A stretch of 64,000 bases of DNA from Lytechinus pictus (taxonomy: Eukaryota). Position 1 is the stretch's first letter. Each line of letters begins with the position of its first letter. A model generated the notes under the pieces. That model did no database searches and had not been told where the DNA came from. It worked only from the letters and a program-made list of their open reading frames with translations. Shown in pieces: positions 50,101 through 58,910 of the stretch. The position numbers were made by a program, and so were the translations under genes. The stretch covers positions 992,001 through 1,056,000 of the forward strand of contig NC_087250.1 of NCBI RefSeq assembly GCF_037042905.1. Reading direction: 5' to 3'.

Positions 50101-51385
50101 TTGGCGTAAAGGCGATGACAATCTCCTACTTGTAGTGCCCAAGTCTTTGCGTACTGAAGTGATCAAGCTAAATCATGATCCTCCTTCAGCAGCTCATGCT
50201 GGTGTGAACCGTACTAAAGGTAAACTTCGGTCCAAATACTACTGGTATGGTATGTCGGGCGACATCCAAGAGTATATTCGGAGATGTGCCGTCTGTAATA
50301 AAAATAAGAAAGCCGTGAGGTATGGGAAACACCCCATGATAACTTATCATGCGGGGGCCCCGATGGAACGTGTACACCTCGATTTCATGGGTCCTTTACC
50401 CAAAACCTCACGAGGTAACGTGTACATCTTGATGATGGTGGACCAGTTCACCAAGTGGGTTGAGTGTGTCCCACTGCCCTCTCAGACAGCGGAAGTAACC
50501 GCTCAGGCAGCCATTAGCGAGTTCTTTTGCCGCTTTGGCTATCCATTCCAGATTTTTACTGATCAGGGCAGAAATTTTGAGAGCAGGTTATTCACGAACA
50601 TCTGTAAACTGCTCCATATACATAAGGCTAGGACTACCCCGTACCGACCTTCCGCAAACGGCCAGGTTGAACGTTTCAACCGAACCTTAATGGATGCGGT
50701 AAGGTGCTACATTGGGAAGTCCCAGACTCATTGGGACCACAACCTCGCCCAGATCGCTGGAGCGATTCGTTCCACGATCAACCGTAGTACGGGATTCACG
50801 CCCAATCAATTGATGCTGGGGCGTGAAACTAATCAACCAGCGGAGCTGATTTTTCCACTTCCCCCATCCGTCTCTGACCGACCTCTGGATGAATATTCAT
50901 CTCAGTTATCCCAGAGCATCCGAGAGGCGCACGATGCTGCGAGAGCCACCCTCCGGAATACACAGCGACGGTTGAAGCGGGATTACGACATAAAGGTATA
51001 CTTGCGGCAATTTAAAGAAGGGGACCGAGTATACCTTCTCGCCAAGGCGACCCCCAAGGGAAAATGCAAGAAGCTGCAATCTCCCTGGAAGGGTCCGGCT
51101 ATTATCGTGAAGCGATATACCCCTTATGTATACCGGGTGATCTATCGGAACAAGGCCCTGACTGTAAACCATGACCAGCTCAAAAGGTGCCTTGACGAGG
51201 CCAAGCCCTCAGGCCCTGACTGGAGGAAGGAAAGGTATTGCTACTGTAGAACCCCCGACGATGGATCGTTCATGATTCAATGTGATGGGTGCGATGAGTG
51301 GTTCCATGGTGCATGTGTTGGTGTTACCCATGCGGAAGGAATGTCTATTGACAAGTATTTTTGTCCTTTTTGTAGCTGTGGGTAA
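47102..51385 (+). CDS. Gypsy Pol (protease, RT, RNase H, integrase, C-terminal PHD finger); probably entered by frameshift at ~47039
   Basis: IDTAAEVT protease; RWCIDYRKLN, YPLP and FLDD RT; DTDAS RNase H; H...H...CAVC, TDQGRNF and NGQVER integrase; WKGP; C4HC3 YCYC...MIQCDGCDEWFHGAC...CPFC. Confidence 0.96.
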   Translation: MDSENAKVLLQDSLPQEEQETDISLVVLEANRSLDSEDSLPRGSKELGVPSPELIVKESELRDGGQDGIGITEGSGKVPSVKELSSPPPISQVIDTPRPPLEPSPWLVPPWPPPEENPQLDSWILKDLEQASDVVVCRIKSSSTYSITILVGNQSMRAVIDTAAEVTIMSDKIYHALRPAPPVIRSVVLNTAGRNMSMTGMIVGPVDMTLGGQTFSECVYVAPIDDDMLLGADLLKKHSAFINIPDSLLIFQGECIAMTCGEDTDTSQVFVSNSVTIPPMSVKRVQCELDSSCTFDQFMVEPDVALIGLVPRTLHSGSSSIQLYAVNATDVSIHWDKGQHLGQASRVGSREPPDFDNPIPSVSQVDLTGDAKIPTHLEDLWKRSSEHLIPEQQGILKGLLLEFEGVFARDEFDLGNFTAITHSIDTGEATPIKQKMRRTPMNFVQEERACLNKMLSAGVIQPSMSEWASAPVLIRKRDGSVRWCIDYRKLNNVTKKDVYPLPCIEECLDTLAENSWFSKLDANSAYWQVNLRPEDREKTAFITKYGLYEFVRMGFGLCNAPATFSRAMNLILRGLNWDIALAFLDDVVVLGTSFSDHVTNIRQVLERFRDFKLKLKPKKCSFFQRRVEFLGREVDGNGLHLKEEHVQAVVDWPTPKSTKEVERLLGLVNYHRVFLKDYAQVVGPLYGLTGNNDFRWEDQHQVAFEEVKRLMTTAPILALPNSTDPFILDTDASGTAIGAVLTQVQQGQERTIAYGSFSLTPEQRRYCVTRRELLAVVRFTRQYRHYLLGKPFTVRTDHGSLTWLMNFREPQGQLARWLEELGQYDMAVEHRPGKKHQNADALSRIPDGDFTCENYRLGIDPKSLPCGGCAYCLKAHTNWAHFTDAVDNVIQLAQRSKVSEVTLDPGESEDLFITHLDIGPIDGPFSFRVNGVTHDAGSGIDLTSMDFLRKEQEADGQLTPLRKWLLDKEEPDEGTVLLWDPAGKFLWVNRELFVLKDGVIWRKGDDNLLLVVPKSLRTEVIKLNHDPPSAAHAGVNRTKGKLRSKYYWYGMSGDIQEYIRRCAVCNKNKKAVRYGKHPMITYHAGAPMERVHLDFMGPLPKTSRGNVYILMMVDQFTKWVECVPLPSQTAEVTAQAAISEFFCRFGYPFQIFTDQGRNFESRLFTNICKLLHIHKARTTPYRPSANGQVERFNRTLMDAVRCYIGKSQTHWDHNLAQIAGAIRSTINRSTGFTPNQLMLGRETNQPAELIFPLPPSVSDRPLDEYSSQLSQSIREAHDAARATLRNTQRRLKRDYDIKVYLRQFKEGDRVYLLAKATPKGKCKKLQSPWKGPAIIVKRYTPYVYRVIYRNKALTVNHDQLKRCLDEAKPSGPDWRKERYCYCRTPDDGSFMIQCDGCDEWFHGACVGVTHAEGMSIDKYFCPFCSCG

Positions 51386-51408
51386 CCCATTTCCTTTTCT
51401 CTTTTCAG

Positions 51409-52722
51409 ATGGATGAGCTAGAACTCCACGCCGAGTCAACCTTCGAGGTGGAAATGGACACCCGGCCCCCCTCTACCCCCCCAGAGGCTATCCCTCCAGA
51501 GGCTGCCTGGCAGGCAGAAATAGATGCACGGATGGGCCCAATCCCGCCCCCTGGCAGTAGACAAAAACGTACGTGGCTCCGTAAGTTGCGTCGATTACGG
51601 AGTCGGTTAAGGGCAGGGTCCAGGGATTCCCCTAATTCCCTAAAGGAAACTCCCGGTCCTGCCCCTGTCATGATGAAGGGCGTTAAGCCATCCAAAGGAA
51701 TGGGGAGGGGGAGAGGGTTTGCAAGGGTCCGCAAGGGTCCCATAACACCCGGGACGCCCGGTACTTTCCATAGTAAGGGGAGAGGGAGGGGTCTCTTGAA
51801 TTACCTCAACCGAGAAGATTTCTCTTTAATGGATGCCCCCGCTCGGTTAATGGATGCCCCCGCCCCTGCTCCGAGCTCCCATCCCCCGCCTCTGCTAGGG
51901 TTTGATAGCCATTTTCACCCAGACAGGTGTGGTTGGTACAGTAAGAGAAAGGGGAAGAGCGTGGTGACAAAGCACCCGGTAGAGATAGTCGGAGGGGTCC
52001 TGAACTTCTGTGACCCAGAGTTCTTTATGGACCCCGGCTTTCTTTCCCGGGTGCTGGCTCACAGCCCCCCATACAACAAGAGGGACGGGAGCTGGAGATT
52101 AGCAGTAGGGATACACCCTAAACAGGCCTCACAGTACACCGAAGATCAGTGGCAGCGTTTGGTTGCCCTACTTCAAAGCCCCTTGGTTGTAGGCGTAAGC
52201 GAACTGGGCTTTGACTTTTCTGTCAACTCCCAGTGGTGGCCTGACCAGGAAGCGCTCTTTCTGCGACTTCTTGGTCAGGGCACCCAAGGGAGGGTCCTTA
52301 TCCTTCACCTAAGGGGTGATTCGAAGAATAATACCGCGTACGCGGCGCACACTTTGGCCCGCCGGCTTCTTGCAAAGCACTGCTCCCCACTCCAAAGGAT
52401 ACACATCCATAACTTCTCCAGCGATGCTTTGCAAGCCGGGAAATGGATCGCTGCCTTTCCATATTGCTATTTCGGTATTGCCGGGATGGCAGCGTACTTC
52501 ACAACAGAACAAATTCAAGGCCTTAGGGCCGTCCCCGCGGATCGGCTAATTCTGGAGACCGATGCTCCGCATCTCCCTCCTCGCCCGGACATGACGGTGA
52601 CTTCACCTGAAAGCCTGGGTGATGTGGGGGCGGTGGTAGCCAACCTGCGGGGGCAGCCCTTGGCCACTATAATGGCCCAAGCCACATACAATGCAAAACT
52701 ACTGTATGGCCTGTTAGGGTAA
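51409..52722 (+). CDS. TatD-family metal-dependent DNase with a basic/RG-rich N-terminal extension (Gypsy ORF3)
   Basis: DSHFH, AVGIHP, GVSELGFD, LILHLRG, IHIHNFS and RLILETDAPHL reproduce the TatD motifs (DxHxH, GxHP, GExGLD, HxR, HCF, ETDxP) in order. Confidence 0.9.
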   Translation: MDELELHAESTFEVEMDTRPPSTPPEAIPPEAAWQAEIDARMGPIPPPGSRQKRTWLRKLRRLRSRLRAGSRDSPNSLKETPGPAPVMMKGVKPSKGMGRGRGFARVRKGPITPGTPGTFHSKGRGRGLLNYLNREDFSLMDAPARLMDAPAPAPSSHPPPLLGFDSHFHPDRCGWYSKRKGKSVVTKHPVEIVGGVLNFCDPEFFMDPGFLSRVLAHSPPYNKRDGSWRLAVGIHPKQASQYTEDQWQRLVALLQSPLVVGVSELGFDFSVNSQWWPDQEALFLRLLGQGTQGRVLILHLRGDSKNNTAYAAHTLARRLLAKHCSPLQRIHIHNFSSDALQAGKWIAAFPYCYFGIAGMAAYFTTEQIQGLRAVPADRLILETDAPHLPPRPDMTVTSPESLGDVGAVVANLRGQPLATIMAQATYNAKLLYGLLG

Positions 52723-53833
52723 TAGGGTTATGTTATTCATTTTTTTGGTGGCCCCTGTCTCATGTTTTATTTTTCTGTCCAAAATCTTGCCCTTCCTACT
52801 TTGGAGGTTAATTAAAAGATAAAGTCGCGGCCTATCCATGTAATTGAGGGGTCTTAGGTTCTTCTCTTCTGCGATGCAGTATTTTCTCTCTCCGGAGAAC
52901 GTTTCTATTCTGTATCGTGGCGGAGAAGGACTGAGAAGTTTTCCCAACGTACCGGGCCGAACTAGACCAGATTTTACATTCCCAAGTGGAAAGTGTCTGT
53001 TGGCTGTCATCTTTCGGACCCTCCTTAGTCTTCAGGGACTGGTAAAGGTTGCGGACTCTTATATTCCATAAAGCCTAAGGGACATTGGTTTAGTTTTTTG
53101 AAATATTGTGCCAAATTGTGTCGCACGTAAAGTTATATATCCAGGTGATATTATATTTATTCCAACCGTGGTGCCAAAATACGTCACAAGTGAGTTTATA
53201 AATTTCTTTACATACTATCCAGCGGATATAGGTTTGGTTTTCAAAGACAATATTGTGCCAAGTTGTGTCACACAAAGTTTTTTAGTTATTTCAACCATTG
53301 TGCCGAATGACGTCACAGGTAAAATTATACATTTCCTTTAATGATATCCAGGCGATATGGTCTTCAATTTAGTTTTAAAGTCTGCTGGCCAAGCAAGGCT
53401 TATTACTTGGTTATCATCCTCCAAAGTTTGGGGATTGAGATTTGGGGCCATCCATATTTTTTTGTGTGTAAATAGTCCTTTTCACGCATGAACTACATGA
53501 ACTACATGAACTACATGCTTAGTAGCTCGTAACCTAAAGACATGTATACATATATATGTATATGTTCAATAAAGTTTTTTGAGGGTCTGTTTAATGCCCA
53601 CGAGTATAGGGAAAGAAACCTAAATTTCCTTAGTATATGTTTTCGTGATATTTCCGAGATACTGGGAAGTAAATAGTTCCTTTCAGGGGTCTAGGACGAG
53701 TGTTTTTATTCCTGGTACTACATGTACCGGTTTATTGTTACTTTTTTGTCCACTCCTCAGACCTATCTTTATATCTACATGAGTGATTAGGAAAGTACAG
53801 TTAATAATCAATCTCCCCTTTATTTTTACGGTT

Positions 53834-53841
53834 GGGGGGAA
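53834..53841 (+). promoter_or_regulatory. Polypurine tract of the Gypsy element
   Basis: GGGGGGAA directly before the 3' LTR. Confidence 0.8.
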
Positions 53842-54212
53842 TATGGGGAACTTGGTCGCCCGCGCGAAGTGCTACAATACGCGCGACCGTGCGTGCGACC
53901 ATGCCCCCCAGAAACCCTCCATACGTACGCAGAATCAGGATCCCAAGATCAGACGCATTCTCACGTTCAGCTCTCGATCAGTACAGTACTACAGTCTACT
54001 ACGTATACGTCCCTCAAGTTCACACGAGTCATCAGGTTCTACGACAAGTCTACTTACAAGTTCTACGACAAGCTCTATATACTTACAAGTCATCGAAGTC
54101 TTCATCCTCTGTAAGATTAAGACGGACTGACCCAGGATTAAGGTGAGTATATGGTTCTCGGCAATCCAGCTTACTTTATTTAGGTTAACATCCATATAGT
54201 TAGTTTACTATA
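53842..54212 (+). repeat. Gypsy 3' LTR
   Basis: Direct repeat of 41964-42334. Confidence 0.93.
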
Positions 54213-54856
54213 TTTTTATGCTCTATCTGATGGTATGATTTTTATAAAGATTTGGAAACCAGATCACAATGAAAAATTGCGACAAAGTGAAAAAAATTGT
54301 GCAAAACAGAAATTTCATTTTCCCATAGAAAACGCATGGAGAAATGGCAATCTCAACACACACAAAAATAAGGGTTTGCAATTTATCTCTAAATCCTTAT
54401 TTAAAATGATCATATAAACTTGTCCTTACTGTCAAAAGAAAGCCCTGAATTTTCTCTTTCCATACATGCCAAACACAAGTTAATAATCAATTCAGATCAC
54501 ATTTTTCTAGTAGCCTGAACTTCCCCGAAAAAATGTGCCATATTTTCCCCTAAATTAGCCTGTTTTATGCTGACTCTTTTCAGTGTGGCTTCAGACACCC
54601 TACCACGGGTCTTTCTTTTCAAATATCAAAATATTGATAACTTTGACTTGGCATATCATGGGAAATAGGAAACCGTTCTGCCTCATTTTAATTTTATTTT
54701 AATCAGTGAAATGTAATCACTTTATGATCAGATAATAAATCTATCCTTTCATTTTCCTTTAAGTTGCATGCTTGTGTGAGTGTGTCATGCTGTGTGCACA
54801 TCATGAAATCGCACTAACAAAACATCTAATATATGGGGCCGAAGCGTAAAACTTGC

Positions 54857-55018
54857 CTGAAACTCGAACTCCAAATTGCTGCCGGAATTCATCGTTTGAT
54901 GGAAACACTCTCTTCTTCCTGGGGGAACTATTACTGTAAGGTCATGCATTATCCCTGATGACAATTCTGCCACAATTAATAGAATGAAATATCCCAGAAT
55001 CAATCGCAAATTCTCCAT
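54857..55018 (-). CDS. TMED5: TMED5-like exon 1: signal peptide and GOLD start; GC donor
   Basis: MENLRLILGYFILLIVAELSSG (signal peptide) then DLTVIVPPGRRECFHQ...LEFEFQ; donor CAG/GCAAGT; joins exon 2 in phase 0. Total protein 222 aa. Confidence 0.9.
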
Positions 55019-55740
55019 TTTGCGTGAGACTTTCAACCGCTCTACTGCCCACCAATGATCGCTTTACACGGTACCGGTACGCTCGATCGATGCGAGAATA
55101 GAATTAGAATCGAGCGAGCGAGCTCAAATGATGGGGCGCCGCAGGCATGGCGGGGGCTAGAAATAAAGAGTTGATATGATTATCATTTTCCTTAGAATTA
55201 TGCATGGCATGAGTCGAAATGAGTATTTTTCGCTATAAAGCTATTTTTCTTACTTGTTTTTTTCTATCAAACATGCTGTTCTATCTTATCTTAGCATCCA
55301 TTTGTTTTCTTTAGCTTATTATTAGTTTAATTCCTTAATAATTTTATTTTTTTATATTTTTCTTTTCTTTCTTTCATTTTTTCTTTTATTTTCTTTGTTT
55401 TCTTTTCTCTTCGATCTCTCTGCATCTCNNNNNNNNNNNNNNNNNNNNNNNNNNNNNNNNNNNNNNNNNNNNNNNNNNNNNNNNNNNNNNNNNNNNNNNN
55501 NNNNNNNNNNNNNNNNNNNNNNNNNNNNNNNNNNNNNNNNNNNNNNNNNNNNNNNNNNNNNNTTTTTCTTTTACATTTTCTTTTCTTTGCATTTATTTGT
55601 TTTCTTTCCTATTCTTTTAATTAATTTTATTTCTTTATCTTTTTCCTAATTCCCTTCACTTTCATTCCATATAATGGAAATTATATAAAGTTAAGTTAGA
55701 ATATAAAAACGCCTATATAGAAAGAAAAGAAAGCCGTAAA

Positions 55741-56162
55741 GGCCACCGCACATGCACCTTACGACTGTTCGCGATCCGATTTTGGAACAATTCGCATTTC
55801 GCTCATTTTTTGAAAATGTGAATGGAACATATTATTTTATTTGAGGTTAAAATCAATTGAAAGAATACTAATATAACCATTTTGAAAGATTGCAAGCCTT
55901 TATTTTGGAGTATAGGCCAAATTAGTTTCAAATCGTAGCCAATCGTACGACTGCTATGACGTCATTACGACTAGATATTAAATTCGCTTTTATTCTAAGA
56001 AGGATGACAGCATATATAGTCACAAATTTGAACATAGCTAGGTATTCGTACCATGATTTAGAACATTGCACAGTAAGATATTCCAAGTCTCAATATTAGC
56101 ATCAAATTCTACATTTCATTCTCAAATCGGGTCACAGACCAATCGTAAGGTGTGCGGTCGCC
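55741..56162. mobile_element. MITE with GGC termini (Harbinger-like)
   Basis: ggccaccgcac...ccttacga / tcgtaaggtgtgcggtcgcc; taaa on both flanks. Confidence 0.7.
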
Positions 56163-56306
56163 TAAAGAGGAATTAAAAAGAAAAAGGAGAGAGCGTATAA
56201 CGGAAGAATCCCGGGAAGAATCTTGGAGTCAATAAAGGACATTGCCTCCTCTCGATCATAATCATAGAGAAGGAAAAGGAAACTGAAAAGTGGCGGCAGG
56301 CTGATC

Positions 56307-57679
56307 CAGGGGCGGCGATCCTGGGGGGCCGGGGCTGATTGCCCCCCACTTTTTGAAGCACTGAAAGAGTGCCCTATACGCCAGAAAAATGCCCCCCCCC
56401 CCTCACGAACGTGTGCCCTTTCACCTGAGGAGGACCCGTCTATGTGTTGTCCTGTTAGTGCCAATTCTCACCCCGCCCCCGGCCTCTCGAACGTGTTCCG
56501 TACCCCTTTCATCTGAAGGACCCGTTTTGTTAGCAAGTGCCATATTCTCGTATCGGTGCCAATCTTTAACAAAATATACCCCTCACGAACGTATTTTATG
56601 CCCCTTTCACCTCAGGATCAGTTTTATGTTTGAGCAGCCTTTTTATAAGCCACCAGAAAAATGTAACGTGCAACCCCCTAAAACTCCTGGTAAATGCTGC
56701 CACCATGCGGGAGATGAAACTGAGACCGCAACTCAGAATAATTTGGAATAAATTCCAGGAAATAAAGATATCCACAATATCCTATAATCATACTCAAATC
56801 TCTCTATCAATAATCGGGTTCACGGGTAGCCTATCCGAGCTCAATGGCGGATAAGTTGTCTCTAATATCGAGACGTGCTGCAATTAATCAAATAGATAAA
56901 CATCAATCAATCAATCACATAAGACAGTCATCGTCAACAATCATAAATCACCATAAACTACATGACTGCAAACAATTGAACTAAATACCAGACAGAAGTG
57001 AATTAGCAGAAAATGTTGCGTTAAATTTCAAATAATGCTTCCAAGATGGAAGATTATTATTATGTAATAACAATCTGATTCTGTACAGCTGAATTATTTC
57101 TTAACTACGTACATAAATGATTTATATCTAGGCTCAAATCAAGTACATGTAATTTCTTGAATGCAATATTAAACAATCCCAGCAATGAATGATTACTCAT
57201 CTAAGAAAAATATACAAACCAATTTATAAAATTGGCATAACGAAAAAAAGTTGACCAACTAAATTGGTATCTTTGGAAGAAAATAGGCCAAAGAATTGGC
57301 ACATAAAAATTGACCAAATAAATTGGTTTTTTTTCATCATATAACTCAATTCTATAATTCTCACTTCAATAAATAAACAAGTCTTTTCTAGGCACTCCTG
57401 ACATTATCTAGTTTACTCTGTTCTAACTGCCTGCAGTATTCAATATACCTAGCCCCAGCTCCGTCAACAGACACCTCAGCAAGGGTAAAATGCGATATTG
57501 TTATCTGAATATTATATCAAAACCTATCACAAAATTGGATTTTCGTTTAACATATTTATATAGCCCCCTCAAAATTTTTGGCGCATTACACTACTGTAGA
57601 TAAGTCATTTTTTCCTTTATTTTAAGATAGATGCCCTTTTCCCTGTGCCCCCACTTTCAACTTCGCTCCGCCGCCCCTG
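56307..57679. mobile_element. hAT-type non-autonomous element
   Basis: TIR caggggcggcg / cgccgcccctg; 8-bp flanks ggctgatc / ggttgatc (1 mismatch). Confidence 0.75.
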
Positions 57680-58414
57680 GGTTGATCTTTAATGGTGCCA
57701 AGTGACCACTGCCCCTTAATAATTAATGAAATAGGCTTGTTATAAGGGTTTGGGGAAAAGAAAAAGACACTAGGCCTACTTTACAAAGAGGGAAAAACAA
57801 AGACAACTATGAAGGTAAGAAAAAAAAGGATGAAGATAAGTGAAAAAAGCCTTGACAGAGTTAACTGATAATTTCGCTTGCATTTCGCAGTCGCATTGCT
57901 TATGACGAAATACCTCTTTCAAAATCAAAAGGATTGGTCCAATGTAGTGCTGCTTAATTGAAAAAATATATTTTTATGCTTTTATTTGTAAATAAAATCC
58001 ATCTCAGTTTAATAAAAATATTCAATAAAATACAAGTGATCCACAATCTGCTTATAATGACAATCCTTCTCCGGCAAACTGTAAATGTTATAATTTTTTG
58101 CTGGTAGTAGATCATATTTGTTTAGAATGACTTTTTTATTTAGTTTTTTTTCTTTATGATTCATACCAAAATCAATATATTATGTTTGTTATGTAATGAC
58201 AATTGTATAGAATAAGAATTTTATGAATGCAGAAGAAAACAATCAATCGAATCAAATCAATTGGAAATAATTATGAAAAAAATATCATGCTGCTTAACTA
58301 TACATATGTTCTCATATCGACCCCATGCAGATAAATCTTGACTATTATATAGAGCTAGGTTTTCTTTTGAAAACAGACACACCACACTATTCATATCCCT
58401 TACTCTTAACTACA

Positions 58415-58910
58415 AGGGGAAGTTCACCCTGAAGAAAACTTTGTTGTAAAAATAGCAGAAAAAATAGTAAAAAATATTGGTGAAGATTTGAGGAAAATCC
58501 GTTAAAGAGTAAGAAAGTTATTAGAGTTCAAAGTTTTTGATTTGTGACGTCATAGACGAGCAGCTGCCCCATGTGTTATGTAGTATATAATGCATGAATT
58601 TCAAATTTTGCATGGTTCCTGATGACTTATTTTTGTTTTTTATTCAAGATCGGGTGTGAAATGATTTGTCTATTGATATACAAAAAGTAAAGTGAAAACC
58701 ATTTTCAATTTTCTGAGAAAATGACATTTCATTGATTTTTTACCATTCGCTATGTAGGAATGCTGCTCGCATATGACGTCACAAATCAAATAATTGGAAT
58801 TCTAATAACTTTTTAACTATTTGATGAATTTTTCTCAAACCTTCGGCAATATTTTTTATCATTTTTTCTGCTATTTTTACAATAAACTTTTGTCAGGGTG
58901 AACTTCCCCT
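58415..58910. mobile_element. Kolobok-like palindromic MITE
   Basis: TIR aggggaagttcaccctga / tcagggtgaacttcccct extending >130 bp as an imperfect inverted repeat; TTAA on the right. Confidence 0.8.

Larger units (their letters stand above)
41964..54212 (+). mobile_element. Full-length Ty3/Gypsy LTR retrotransposon with three ORFs (gag, pol-PHD, TatD)
   Basis: Two 371-bp LTRs (offset 11878), identical by eye; TTTTT on both flanks; PBS; PPT; PR-RT-RH-IN order; all ORFs open. Confidence 0.96.
41668..54602. mobile_element. ~0.7-kb MITE split by the Gypsy insertion
   Basis: TIR tagggtgtctg / cagacacccta; ccacggg duplicated at 41661-41667 and 54603-54609. Confidence 0.8.

Noticed and set aside
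51409-52722. ORF3 as an env gene or a host/bacterial tatD contaminant
   Set aside because: No signal peptide or TM helix; it is intronless and enclosed by the two matching LTRs with a TSD, so it belongs to the element.
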